DNA from: Leucoraja ocellata
Taxonomy: Eukaryota
Length of the DNA: 64,000 nt
Direction: 5' to 3'
Assembly (NCBI GenBank): GCA_036785375.1
Contig: JAWMAR010000353.1
Location: 2,418,001-2,482,000 of the forward strand
Part shown: positions 13,091 through 26,350 of the stretch, one piece after another
How the letters are laid out: each line of letters opens with the position of its first letter
Numbering within the stretch: position 1 is the stretch's first letter
Position numbers and translations under genes: made by a program
Notes under the pieces: model-generated
What the model saw: the letters and a program-made list of their open reading frames with translations, nothing else
Databases searched by the model: none
What the model was told of the DNA's origin: nothing

Positions 13091-15130
13091 AGCCACCTGG
13101 TCGCTGGGGGGGGGGGGGGTGGTCTTCCTCGCCACCACGTCGTTCTGTGCATCAAACCGGGCGTAGAACATGTTCAGCGCATCAGGCAGAGAGGCATCGC
13201 TGTCACAGGCTGGTGTTGATGTCCTAAAGTTGGTGATGGCTTGGATGCCTTGCCACAGCTTCAGTGTGTCCCTGCTGTCACTGAAGTGGCCGTGGATTTT
13301 CCTTGCATGCGCTCGCTTTGCTTCCCTGATGGCCCGGGACAGTTTGGCCCTCGCTGTTCTCAGGGCCTCCTTATCGCCTGCTCTGAATGCCGTGTCTCGG
13401 GCTCTCAGCAGCGCACGTACCTCTGCAGTCATCCATGGTTTACTGTTAGGGACGTGTGGTGATGAGCTCAGTGACAGTAATGTCATCAATGTATTTACTG
13501 ATGTAACCAGTCACTGATGCCGTGTACTCCTCCAAGCCAGTGGTGCCGCCGGTGTTTGCTGCCTCCCTAAACATGTGCCAGTCAATGCAGTCCTGGAGAG
13601 CAGAGATGGCTCCTGCTGGCCAGGTCTTCACCTGTTTTTTAGCTGGTCTGGAGCATCTGACAAGCAGTGTGTATGCTGGGATCAGCATGACAGAGATGTG
13701 GTCTGAGTATCCGAGATGGGGGCGTGACTCCACCCTGTACGCGCTGGGTATATTGGTGTAAACAAGATCTAGCACATTCTCCCCTCTCGTTGCAAAGTCC
13801 ACATGTTGGTAACATTTAGGAAGCACAGTTTTGAGATTTGCACGGTTGAAATCTCCTACGGCAATAAACAGTCCTTCTGGGTGTGTGTTTTGTAGATTGC
13901 ATAAAGCTCCATACAGTACAGTACAGCTAGTGTTTCCTTAGCATTAGCACTGGGGGGGATGTGAACAGCAACAATGAGCACTGTGGTAAACTCCCGTGGC
14001 AAATAAAAAGGTCTACATCTCACAATCGCATTCTCCACCAGCAATGAACAGAACTCGGAGACTAAGACAGAGTTGTTGCACCAGTCAGTGTTGATGTAAA
14101 CACACAGGCCACCACCTCGAGTCTTACCGCGCAACTCCCTTGTCAATTCTTCCCTTCCCTCCCGCACCACCCCCTCCCCGGGCACTTTCCGTTGCAACCG
14201 CAAGAAATGCAACACCTGTCCCTTCACCTCCCCCCTCGACTCCATTCAAGGACCCAAGCAGTCGTTCCAGGTGCGACAAAGGTTCACCTGCATCTCCTCC
14301 AACCTCATCTACTGCATCCGCTGCTCTAGGTGACAGCTGATTTACATCGGGGAGACTAAGCGTAGGTTGGGCGATCGTTTCGCCGAACACCTCCGCTCAG
14401 TCCGCAATAACCAACCTGATCTCCCGGTGGCTCAGCACTTCAACTCCCCCTCCCATTCCCAATCCGACCTCTCTGTCCTGGGTCTCCTCCATTGCCAGAG
14501 TGAGCAACACCGGAAATTGGAGGAACAGCACCTCATATTCCGCCTGGGTTGCTTGCGTCCGGATGGCATGAACGTTGAATTCTCCCAGTTTTGCTAGCCC
14601 ATGCAGTCTCCTCCCCTTCCTTAACCCTCGAGCTGTCTCCTCCCATCCGCCCGCCCTCGAGCTCCTCCCCCTCCCCTTTTCCTTCCTTCTCCCCCCCACC
14701 CCCCATCAGTCTGAAGAAGGGTTTCAGCCTGAAACGTCGCCTATTTCCTTCGCTCCATAGATGCTGCTGCACCCGCTGAGTTTCTCCAGCATTTTTGTGT
14801 ACCTGTGATGGTTCTCTGTCGGCTCGGTGCGAGACTAGCCCGGCTAGCTGAATGGCCACGTCCGGGACTCGATCGTTGAGCCATGTCTCAGTAAAATACA
14901 GACACAGCAGTCCCTAGTCTCTCGCTGTTTACTCCTCTGTAGTTGGATGTTGTCCAGTTTGTTTTCCAGGAAGCGGACGTTGGAGAGTAGGATAGATGGG
15001 AGAGCTGGCCGGCCAGCTAGCATTATCTCTCAGCCTAGCACGGACACCCTCTCTCTTGCCCCGTTTCTGCCTCCTCTTTGCCTGCCCAACCTTGCCCTGA
15101 GCTCAGGCCCTTCGAATCCTTGTCGTTAAA
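13091..15130 (-). mobile_element. Rex1/Babar-type LINE, degenerate endonuclease region, split by a Penelope insertion
   Basis: [60 protein letters not shown] and SKPWMT motifs, with frameshifts. Confidence 0.85.
14130..14802 (+). mobile_element. Penelope-like element 3' fragment (GIY-YIG endonuclease plus terminal repeat)
   Basis: NLIYCIRC..YIGETKRRLGDRFAEHLRS...PVAQHFN...EEQHLIFRLG...GMN, followed by CTGAAGAAGGG..GAAACG tail. Confidence 0.85.
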
Positions 15131-16779
15131 AGTATGCTGTGAGATTAAGGGTGGGATGAAGATGGTGGGAGAATTTGAATCATTAGTGGTGTATTAATTT
15201 GAATTGTCTGACTTTGTCAATCTGTCAGGACCTGAACTGTATAGAGATGGGATGCAGGTAAGGACCTGTTTAGAACCACCTCTGGTTTCAGACCAATAAA
15301 TGTTTGGAGGAGAAAGTATTTCCTGATTATTCTTGGTTTAAAATACTAGAATTCACGGTGCTGGAATCTTGAGGGAGAAAAAAGTCTGCTGGAGGAAACC
15401 AGTGGGTCAGGCAACATCTGGAAGGAATGGACCAATGAAGTATCAGGTCAGAAGCCTTCAGCTTGATGGAGTAAAGGGAGAAAGCTGGAAATGTGAGGTG
15501 GGGCAATAGTCTAGCAAGTGATGGCTGGATGCAGGTGGGGGGGGGGAGAGGAAATTGCCAGATGGGTGGAACACCAAAACATCGTGTACTGCCCAGGTGA
15601 GGTCAGCCACGTGATTTTACCAGGTCGTATGGAAAACAAAGCATTTCATTGTTTCACATGGTACATGTGACAACAAAATAATTGAATCAGTAAGTGACAA
15701 AGGCTAAAGGTGTAAAAGTCAAAGTCAATTGTATTCGTTACATGCACCCAAAGGTGCAGTGAAATAAATTTGCCAGTAGCGATACACTTAAAAAGAACAC
15801 ACAATACACAATAGAATTTAACACAAAACATCCAGCACAGCATTCTTCACTGTGGCGAAAGGCAACAAGGTTCAGTCAGTCCTCCTCCTTTGTTTATCCG
15901 TGGTCGGGGCCATGAACCCTCTGTCGTCGCCGCTATGATTTATGAACATCTCAGAAGGAGAAAGCAAGGTGTGAACTGTAAACCTGGTAGAAGGAATATG
16001 AGTGCAATGGGATAGGATGGGGAAAAGGGATGAATGTACTGGGGACTCTCCCTTTCCCCGCATCACCCATTCACCCTGCACCTTCCCCTCTTTCCACACT
16101 CATCTCCCATTCCTGACATTCATCTTTGCCTCTTTACCCTTCGACCCATATCCCGCCCTCCAGCTTCACATCTCTCTCTCTCCTTATCTAAACCTTTTGT
16201 CACCTCTTCACCTCTCGCCTTTGTCATTGCTCCACCAAGTGCCAATTGCTTGTATTTATTGTCTGAAGGACAGCCTCTACCTGAAACATCACCCATTCCT
16301 TCTCTCCCATGATGCTGCCCGTCTCACTGAATTACTCCAGCATTTGTGTCTATCCACATCACTTGCCAGCTTTTGTCCTGCTCCCACATCTTTCCAGATG
16401 TCTCCACTACTCTCTCAGTCTGAAGGATCCCAACCTGAAACATCTGTCAGGCAGATGGTGCCTGACCAACTGAGTACATCCAGCATTCTTTGTAGACTTC
16501 TTTATATTCCCTAAAGTAATCCTAGTTGGTTCCTGTTGCAGTGAAAGTAGTTTAGTGTTCATGACACTTGTTTTAAGTGTCAATACAAATTAAGTAATCC
16601 TGCATTCCATTCACCATACTGTTTTTTTTGGAAGAGGTCTAAATCTATTTGGTTTAGTATGTTTGTGTCAGTGTTGCCAGAATACATCTCCTCTCCCCTC
16701 TGCTCTTTTCTGAAGGTGTGACCAAATTGTGTTCATTTCCACGAAGGATCTCCAAAGACTGGAATCTCTGCTTTTTATT

Positions 16780-17060
16780 TTAATATTTATTTTATTAGAA
16801 GCAATTGTACAAGGAGAAACTCATCGACATAACAATTATACAATGTTCATAAGCTTCAATTTTAACATTTTATGAACTAAAAACTAAATCGGAAAAAGAA
16901 AAATGAAAAGAAAGGAAAGGAAAAAGAAAAGAAAGAATTTTGTAAAAGACACGAAAGATAAAAAAGAAAAGCCTCTGAACCAACGAAAAAGTGAAAAAAG
17001 CGGAGATTTATCCCACTACCCTTCCCTACGCCCGATCACCCGACCCTAGCGTCGGTTTTG
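16780..17060 (-). mobile_element. Probable L1-type LINE 3' UTR remnant
   Basis: T-rich start TTTTATTAGAAGCA similar to 48005; A-rich body. Confidence 0.4.
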
Positions 17061-17974
17061 AATGGAAGGAGGTTTTCAGGTGTAAGGGGACGGGAGGGGA
17101 TAAAAGGAAATGAGATTTGGAGATGGGAATGAGCGTATTGATTAAGGCAAACCCCCTCTTTCCCTGCACTCCCCACCCTGGTGTGCACCTCACTCAACGG
17201 TCTCCCTACCCCTTCCCCTCCTCTGTATACTCATCCCTGTCCCACATTCCCCTCTTTCCCCGATCCTTTCCCCTGGCTTTGCATGACACCTCTCTTCCCC
17301 TTGTTTGACACTCGTCTCCTCTTCACCTCTAGCCTTTGTCAGTACTCCACAATCTGCTAATCAGCCCCCAACTGTATCGAGAATCACTCACCAAGCTCTG
17401 TCCTGCTCTCGTCTCTTTCCAGCTTTCTCCCAAATACATCAGTCTGAATCAGCATCAGAGAATCAGAATGCTGTTTATTGTCATTGAAACATAGGTTCAA
17501 ACAAAATTACTTTCCTGCAGTCATAACAACAAAAAAAAACAAAACACACAATTAACACAATTCCACACAAACATCCATCACAGGGAATTTCCAAATACCT
17601 CCTCACTGTGATGGAAGGCAAAAGTCTTATCTCTTGCCCACAGTCAAGCAGTCAAACTGCTGCATCGAGCTGGTCGAGGCTCTTGATGTTAGAGGCCCCG
17701 GTGGGTAATGGTAAGTCCTGCGGCTGTTTAAGCCGCGCCAGGTGATGTAAGGCCCCGCTCCAGGTTGATTTATACCCCTCGATTCGGGCGGTCAAAGTTT
17801 GCCGTTGTGGATGATTAGCCATGATCACAGTGAATGGCGGTGCTGGCTCGAAGGGCCGAATGGCCTACTCCTGCACCTATTGTCTATTGTCTCAGGATCT
17901 AGTCTTTATGGAGATGACGTTAAGGTAAGGCCGCTGTTTCAAACCCTCTCTTGGGTTTCAGTGTTTGTGGAAAG

Positions 17975-18150
17975 ATTGGGCAGCACAGTGGTAGAGTTGC
18001 TGCCTCACAGCACCAGATACCTGGGTTTGAAACTGACACCATGTATTGTCCGTACAGAGTTTGAATACTCTTCCTGTGACCAAGTGTGTTTTCCACATAT
18101 GTTCTGGGGTCCTCCCATACTCCAAAGATATCCAGATTTATAGTTTAATT
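17975..18150 (+). mobile_element. tRNA-derived SINE (degenerate)
   Basis: GGGCAGCACAGTGGTAGAGTTGCTGCCTCACAGC head, similar to copies at 51587 and 58670. Confidence 0.6.
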
Positions 18151-18237
18151 GGTATTTCCTAATTGGCATTAGATATTTCCTAACATATTTCATTCGAGAT
18201 TCTTTCAATTCAGGGTTCTGGAATCTTGTACAAAAAC

Positions 18238-19785
18238 AATAAACAATAGGTGCAGGAATCGACCATTCAGTCCGTCGAGCCAGCACCGCCATTCAATGTG
18301 ATCATGGCTGATCATCCCCAATCAGTACCCTGTTCCTGCCTTCTCCCCATATAACCTGACTCCTCTATTTTTAAGAGCCCTATCCTGCTCTCTCTTGAAA
18401 GCATCCAGAGAACCGGCCTCCACCGCTCTCTGAGGCAGAGAATTCCACAGACTCACAACTCTCTGTGAGAAAAAGTGTTTCCTCGTCTCCGTTCTAAATG
18501 GCTTACCCCTTATTCTTAAATTGTGGGCCCTGGTTCTGGACTCCCCCAACATCGGGAACATGTTTCCTGCCTCAAGCTTGTCCAAACCCTTAACAATCTT
18601 GCATGTTTCAATGAGATACCCTTTCATCCTTCTAAACTCCAGAGTGTACAAGCCCAGCTGCTCAATTCTTTCAGTATATGACAGCCCCGCCATCCTGGGA
18701 ATTAACCTTGTAAACCTCCGCTGCAAGTCCTCAATAGCAAGAAAGTCCCTCCTCAAAGTAGGGAACCAAAACTGCACACAATACTCCAGGTGTGGTCTCA
18801 CTAGGGCTCTGTACAACTGCAGAAGGACCTCTTTACTCCTCATTGTACTTCCCCTTTTCCCAACTTGACACCATTTAGATAGTTTGCCTTCCTGTTTTTG
18901 CTACCAAAGTGGATAACCTCACATTTATCCGCATTAAACTTCATCTGCCATGCATCTGCCCACTCCCCCAACCTTTCCAAGTCACCCTGCATTCTCATAG
19001 CATCCTCCTCACAGTTCACACTGCCACCCAGCTTTGTGTCATCTGCAAATTTGCTAATGTTGCTTTGAATCCCTTCATCCAAATCATTGATGTATATTGT
19101 AAATAGCTGTGGTCCCAGCACCGAGCCTTGCGGTATCCCACTAGTCACTGCCTGCCAACCTGCTAACCCTTACTCTTTGTTTCCTGTCTGCCAACCACTT
19201 CTCTATCCATGTCAGTACTCTACCCCCAATACCATGGGCCCTAATTTTGCCCACTAATCTCCTATGTTGGACCTTATCAAATGCTTTCTGAAAGTCCAGG
19301 TACACTACATCCACTGGCTCTCCCTTGTCCATTTTCCTAGTTACATCTTCAAAAATTTCCAGAAGATTAGTCAAGCATGATTTCCCCTTCGTAAATCCAT
19401 GCTGACTCGGACCGAGCCTGTTTCTGCTATCCAAATGTGCGGCTATTCCATCTTTTATAATTGACTCCAGCATCTTCCCCACCACTGATGTCAGGCTAAC
19501 TGGTCTATTATTCCCTGTTTTCTCTCTCCCGCCTTTCTTAAAAAGTGGGATAACATTAGCTACCCTCCAATCCACAGGAACTGATCCTGAGTCTATAGAA
19601 CATTGGAAAATTATCACCAATGCATCCACGATTTCTAGAGCCACTTCCTGGGATGCAGACCATCAGGCCCTGGGGATTTATCACCCTTCAGTCCCATCAG
19701 TCTATCCAACACCATTTCCTGCCTAATGTGGATTTTCTTCAGTTCCTCCGTCACCCCAGATCCTCTGACCACCACTATATCAGGA
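18238..19785 (-). mobile_element. CR1 LINE, 5'-truncated (RT domain and 3' UTR)
   Basis: DWRVANVIPLFKKG, YLDFQKAFDKV, SGIPQGSVLGP, KFADDTKL, LVRPHLEYCVQFW; frameshifted. Confidence 0.95.
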
Positions 19786-19837
19786 ACAACAGTGCTGGAG
19801 TAATTGGTGGGTCAGGCATCATGTGTGGAATAAATGG

Positions 19838-21310
19838 ATACAATAGACATTAGGTGCAGGAGTAGGCCATTCGGCCCTCAAGCCAGCACCGCTGTTCAAC
19901 GTGATCATGGCTGATCATCCCCAATCAGTTCCTGCCTTCTCCCCACATTACCCGACCACTATCTTTAAGAGCCCTATCAAGCTCTCTCTTAAAAACATCC
20001 AGATAATCGGCCTCCATTGCCCACTGAGGCAGAGAATTCCACAGACTCACAACTCTCTGTGTGAAAAAGTGTTTCCTCATCTCCGTTCTAAATGGCTTAC
20101 CCCTTATTCTTAAACTGTGGCCCCTGGTTCTGGACTCCCCCAACATCGGGAACATGTTTCCTGCCTCTCACGTGTCCAAACCTGTAATAATCTGATAAGA
20201 TTATTCAGGGTTTCAATAAGAGTCCCTCTCATCCTTCTAAATTCCAGAGTATACAAGCCCAGCTGCTCCATTCTCTCAGTATATCACAGCGCCATCCCGG
20301 GAATTAACCTTGTAAACCTATGCTGCACTCCCTCAATAGCAAGAATGTTCTTCCTCAAATTAGGGGACCAAAACATAGAAACATAGAAACATAGAAATTA
20401 GGTGCAGGAGTAGGCCATTCGCCCTTCGAGCCTGCACCGCCATTCAATATGATCATGGCTGATCATCCAACTCAGTACCCCGTACCTGCCTTCTCTCCAT
20501 ACCCTCTGATCCCCTTAGCCACAAGGGCCACATCTAACTCCCTCTTAAATATAGCCAATGAACTGGCCTCAACTATCCTCTGTGGCAGAGAGTTCCAGAG
20601 ATTCACCACTCTCTGTGTGAAAAAAGTTCTTCTCATCTCGGTTTTAAAGGATTTCCCCCTTATCCTTAAGCTGTGACTCCCTTGTCCTGGACTTCCCTAA
20701 CATCGGGAACAATCTTCCTGCATCTAGCCTGTCCAACCCCTTAAGAATTTTGTAAGTTTCTATAAGATCCCCTCTCAATCTCCTAAATTCTAGAGAGTAT
20801 AAACCAAGCCTATCCAGTCTTTCTTCATGAGACAGTCCTGACATCCCAGGAATCAGTCTGGTGAACCGTCTCTGCACTCCCTCTATGGCAATAATGTCCT
20901 TCCTCAGATTTGGAGACCAAAACTGTACGCAATACTCCAGGTGTTGTCTCACCAAGACCCAGTACAACTGCAGTAGAACCTCCCTGCTCCTAAACTCAAA
21001 TCCTTTTGCAATTAAAGCTAACATACCATTCACTTTCTTTACTGCCTGCTGCACCTGCATGCCTACCTTCAATGACTGGTGTACCATGACACCCAGGTCT
21101 CTCTGCATCTCCCCCTTTCCCAATCGGCCACCGTTTAGATAATATGCACACAATACTCCAGGTGTTGTCTCACCAAGACCCTGTACAACTGCAGTAGAAC
21201 CTCCCTGCTCCTATACTCAACTCCTCTTGTTATGAAGGCCAACATGCCATTCGCTTTCTTCACTGCCTGCTGTACCTGCATGCTTACTTTAATTAACTGA
21301 TGAACAAGGA
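19838..21310 (-). mobile_element. CR1 3' fragment with a second CR1 (20373-21163) nested in it
   Basis: Host is broken at GACCAAAAC|TGCACACAATACTCC; the inner copy carries a (CATAGAAA)n tail at 20373-20397. Confidence 0.9.
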
Positions 21311-22620
21311 TCCCCGGGTTCGCCTCCTCCTACGGGGAGTGTTGTCGGACGCCTTTCCCGAGTGGAGCATCTTATGGAGAAGATACTCCAACATGATATG
21401 CTCCTCGGTCATGAGACATATCACAGCGGATCTCGGGGGCCCACAGCAGCGCCTGGTGCAGGGCTGCATTATGTCTCCCCATCCAAGGATGGGAGTGTAG
21501 ACCACCAGTCCTGGGCGGACTCGCATTGCACTGAGATGCGGGGAGAACGTTCGATAAGGGACCCGCGAGATGTGCATGTGCCAACCATTGTCTCCAAGTT
21601 TGCAATGTCGTCGCTGGTTGGGGAGCCGCTGGATGAAGAGCTGGTGGCCAGCATTAATTACCTTGCTTGCCACCAGCTTCAAGAGCAGGTGATGATGGAG
21701 ACAGCCATGAGGTACCATGCGCCCTGCAACTGCGCCTCCCTCAAGGTACCGGCGGTGAACAGTTCCATCTGGAGCTACATTGGCCCAAGAGGTCAAATTA
21801 CAGAGAATCCTGAATCTGCTGGCATCGGGGTGGACAGCTGTGGCCAGGTCGGTGGACAGCTGTGGCCAGGTCGGTGGACAGCTGTGGCCAGGTCGGTGGA
21901 CAGCTGTGGCCAGGTCTGTGGACAGCAGTGGCCAGGTCGGTGGAGAGCTGTGGCCAGGTCGGTGGAGAGCTGTGCATTATCTGAGGCTCAACGGGACGCA
22001 ATGGCATTGTTGTGTAATGCACAATTTGAAATGAATTGCTTTCGCAAGAATGCCATTCGTCCTGTTCTCAACCCCAAGTTTGCAGGGTTGTACAAGTCCA
22101 GTAATGTGCAGCCGCCCTATTTACTGTTTGGAGAAGACCTATCCAGGCAGGTGAAGGATCAGGACGACGAGTCGAAGGCTGTGGGGCTACTTTGGACTCC
22201 ACCAGCAAACAGACAGTCATCGTTTCAACGCCAGCACCCGTATGCCTCGACCAGCACTAGACAGTCTGTGGGAACCACCTTCAGCTCGAGGACTGAAAGA
22301 ACCGGCAGGAAGTCTTTATTAGGACATGGCCCGAACCGGCCGACAGCCAAGATGCGCAGCTGGCGCATACCAGCACCTCAAATACCCAAACATCGTGGAA
22401 GGAAATAACGATCCAGAATCCAACTAACACGGAGGTAGGTGGGTCTGGTTCACTATGTAACATTTGGGTTGTGGGTCTAACGCATGTTGGTGGGAGGTTA
22501 CGTTTCTTTTTGCATGAGTGGTGGTGGGTAACATCTGACTTGTTTAGACTGCACAGTATAGATGGGTTCCAAATAGAATTTGCTGGCTCACTGCCACCCA
22601 TGCACCATGCCCCAAACCGT
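21311..22620 (+). mobile_element. DIRS1-like retrotransposon fragment (gag-like ORF and start of RT)
   Basis: ORF 21362-22408 resembles ORF 24505-24981 (SINYL, VPAVN..IW, RP.LNPKFAGL, LFGEDL); VGGRLRFF start of the RT region. Confidence 0.8.
21829..21972. repeat. 22-bp tandem repeat GGTGGACAGCTGTGGCCAGGTC (~6.5 copies) inside the DIRS gag
   Basis: Direct reading. Confidence 0.95.
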
Positions 22621-22679
22621 ACGGGAATAGTCCATCTGGAGCTACGGGAATAGTCCCCGAGGATTGGCGTACTGCTGAA

Positions 22680-25600
22680 CGTTCGTAGTGATTCCTTCTA
22701 ACGAGGTTTAATGTAACTAACAATATTGCTAGTCAGAGTCTATGATGCTCTTAGGGACCTTGACATACTGGTGTAGATGCATGATCACACGCAACCCAAG
22801 GTCCATGGGATATGCAACATCTAGTTTGGTCTGTGTCCCTGTCTACTCTGCTTGACTAATCATAACAAAACATGTTATTATAGCCCACAGATATGATCAT
22901 TCTATCCAGTGTAGCAATGACTGGACCCGTAGCAAATCGACAGGCATCGTGAACCAGTACACCGATTCACATCAACAAATTCACCCGCAAATTGTGCACC
23001 TCAAACGGCAGTACTTTTAAATCGACGGGCTTCGTGAACCAATACACTTAGTAATTAAAGATAATTTATGCCATGTGTCTCGAGCAAAGGTTCTTCCTCT
23101 GCATTCCATCTACCTCCACAGCTTGAGATGGCATCCGCAGCTCCCCATTCCAGTGCACTTGCATCTGTTTATAAAATGGTAGGGTGTGATTCATTCAGAA
23201 TTTTCCTGTAAGAGTAATCCACATTTTTAATCCACCATTTTATATCCTCAATTGCTGTGTTAGTTAGTTGTATAGGCCTATCGTAACGTCCAGCATGTCT
23301 TCCCAATACTGATATCTTTGCGCACTGCAGCTGTCTGATAATGCAGTGGTCCAAACTGAACAGCTGGAAATGAAGCAATTAACTTGCGAATTAGATTTGC
23401 TACTTGACTGATTGATGGTTGTTTGCCTGCAATTAACTCCTTACAACCCTTAATCACTTGCAACTTTTTGTCCTTGGGTAAGCTCACTGTCTTGTGTTCT
23501 GAATTAATAGTGAACCCCAAGTAATCAATAATTTTGGTAGTTATCAGTCTGGATATCTCTGAATGAATGACAAATCCCATTCTTTGAAATGTGAGGTTTA
23601 CTTTTTAAAACAGAAGCTGCTGTCATGGCTTCAGTATCTCCCACAATTAAAATGTCATCCAAAGAAGCCATTATCAAATGGCCTTGAGTTCTTAACAATG
23701 CTAAAATTGACTTCAACAGTTTAGTAAACAATCTGGGGCTTTAAACTGCCACATTTGAGACATCCAGACACATTTCAAATATCTGCGATGTTGCTCATGC
23801 ACCACAACAGAATTATGTGCATCTTGGAGATCAATGCTTGCCATATAGCATTCTGTTGAAATTAATTGCAAAAAATTAGTACAAGTCTCCATTTTGAAAT
23901 GTTTATACTGCACGAAAGAGTTAAGACTTGTGAGGTCCAAAATGATTCTAGTACCCCCAATCCTTTTTTGTTCTAGAGAAAATACTAGATACAAAGTGAT
24001 GGTTTTGATAAGTTGTTTTCTCTATTACCCCTTTTTTACTCCAAATCTCAATTTTTATTTTTATTCTTCTCATCTCTTCTTTAGAGCAGGAATATATTCT
24101 TTTTGTAATATGTTGTGTAGGTGGATTTTAATTCTGGTAAAATTAAATTCTAAACCCCATAATTCTGCACAGTATATATGCATCAGATGTTATTAGTTTC
24201 CATTCTTTTAAAAATAATTGTAACCTACCCCCAACTTGTAAGTATGATACATCTGATATGTTTCTTTCAGAACCAGAGCCACCTACCTCAGAGTTTACTG
24301 GTGTAACTTTTTGTACATTTCCCCTTGTGGAAATACCATGACCTCCATGTCCTGGGGTTGTATGTCCATATCTTGTATGTGAGTCCGAGCGACTTGTTCA
24401 ATCACCAGTTCCCCTTCGGTATGGATATTGCCTTCTAGCTGTGCTGCAAACATCGGTGGTTTCATCATCCCAATGGTTTTTTATTCTTCGTTGAGAACCT
24501 TTAGTTATTTGGCAAGCTCTTCTCCAATGAGTACATTTGGCAATTGTATATTAGATGGTTTACAGAGCCCTGCAAACTTAGGATGTATGTTAGGTCTTAA
24601 CGCAGTTTTACAAATACAGTTTATTTCAAAAAGTGCATTCCACATCATTCCCATTACATCCTGTTGTGCCATTGTCACATTTCCTTCTTCCAGATCTTTG
24701 ACAAATGCCGTAATATTTGACCCAATCAATCTTAATTCCCGCTGGAATCTCATTTCTTGAGCTCTTACTACAATGCCCATATACTTCCACACTTCTTTGT
24801 TAACAGCTGGCACTCCAAGCAGAGCACAGGTCTGCGGGATTTCATATTTGTTCATAACTTCATCCATTGTTGCATCTTGTGATTGATGGGAAAGCAGGTA
24901 ATTTATACTCTCTGCTATTTCCTCTGGAAGAGGTTGTCCCTTGTGTCTGGGACTATAGACCTTTTGGACCAGCACTGGCATTTTTCTTTTTTGCTTTGGG
25001 TTCTGGCCCTCAACTGGTTCATTATCAGAGTATTCTGGATATTCCTCCTCATAATGGGTTTCACTTGGATATTCATCATCAGGTATTTCATGCGATGGCT
25101 CTATTATAGGCCGACGCTTTTTTGTCCCTCTTTGGCTACATCAAGCTCTTCATTTGAGCTGTATATTGGCAGCCCACTTTTGGGTGCTGCTCCATATTCT
25201 AGATCTCCTGTAGACCAACGCCTGTATTGTCTTTCAGACATTTCTGGTGCTGCCTCCGTGTCAGGTCAGCCCATATATTTATCTTTATCATCAGGCATTT
25301 CGTTCGCTGGCTCAAATCTGGGCCAACATTTCCCAGAACCTCTTCTGGGTGTTCCATGTGGTTGCTCTTTAAGCCCGCGTCTTTTATACTCCTTCTGGAG
25401 TTAGTTTTACCCTTGAGGAATTCCAGTTTATAAATTCTATAGTTCAGACTCCTCATAGTCTTCCAGGTCTGTTATTTCTTTATGGCCTTGCTCCCTATGG
25501 AAGTTTCAACGGGACTTTTCCCCTCCCGTGTAAAATAGTTATTTCTTTACAATCGACTTTTTAGTCAGGCGCCTGCTACTCTCAGACACGTTGTCTTATT

Positions 25601-25864
25601 GAGTGCTTACTGCGATGCGCTTACTATTCTTCCTCCCACCTTTCTCCATACATAAGACTTGCCTGTGTCTCTGCACGCAGTCTCTGAAGAAAAGCAGCCT
25701 GAAAGTATAAGTAGAAAAGACTTACGTCCATGTTTTCCTTCACTCACCGCTTAGAGGTTCCACACCTCCTATCGCGGTGGCAGCGCAATGCGTCTGACGA
25801 GATGACCCGCATGCGCCTGGACGGCCATCTTCACGTGGTCACTCACGTGACTCCGAAGTAAAAT
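22680..25864 (-). mobile_element. DIRS1-like retrotransposon, degenerate: terminus, gag, RT, RNase H and tyrosine recombinase remnant
   Basis: RIILDLTSLNSFVQYKHFKME, MASIDLQDA, LDDILIV, YLGFTINS, DASALEWGA, IVSYIKP; terminus ATTTTACTTCGGAGTCACGTGAGTGAC shared with the element ending at 49146. Confidence 0.88.
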
Positions 25865-26350
25865 TCCTATTCTGTTCCATTGTGTAAATGATTTATCTAT
25901 AACAGAGGGTTTAAACGGTGTATTATTAACTATTGGAGATAACAGATATAGATTTCTTAATGTTAGGTTATGTTTTATTTGTTTCCAGGTTCTAATTGTA
26001 CTGTGTATAATTGGATTTTTATTATAATTAGTGTTATTCAAGTTGATTGGTGAGAGGAGAGTAGCTCCAATATTACAAGGGGAGCAGTCCTCTCACTCCA
26101 TTATAAACCAATCCACCTGCTGGGCAGAATTGTCCATCAGGTGGATCATATTTTTGACATTTACTGCCCAGTAATAGTACATACATTTAGGAAGTGTTAA
26201 ACCACCCAATTCTTTAGTTTTGCTCAAGTGAGTTATTAGTATTCTGTGGGATTTATAGTCCCATATAAAATGTTATAATATCCGAGTCCAGTTTAAAAAA
26301 AAAATGTTTTTGGTAGATATATAGGGATTGATTATATAGGGATATATTGG
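25865..26350 (-). mobile_element. L1-clade LINE ORF2 fragment
   Basis: ELGGLTLP..MYYYWAV and NPIIHSTIRTWKQIK motifs. Confidence 0.7.

Noticed and set aside
5-13219. Giant ORFs up to 2517 aa (MCLCVYVS repeats)
   Set aside because: A stop-free octamer satellite is open in all three frames; not a gene
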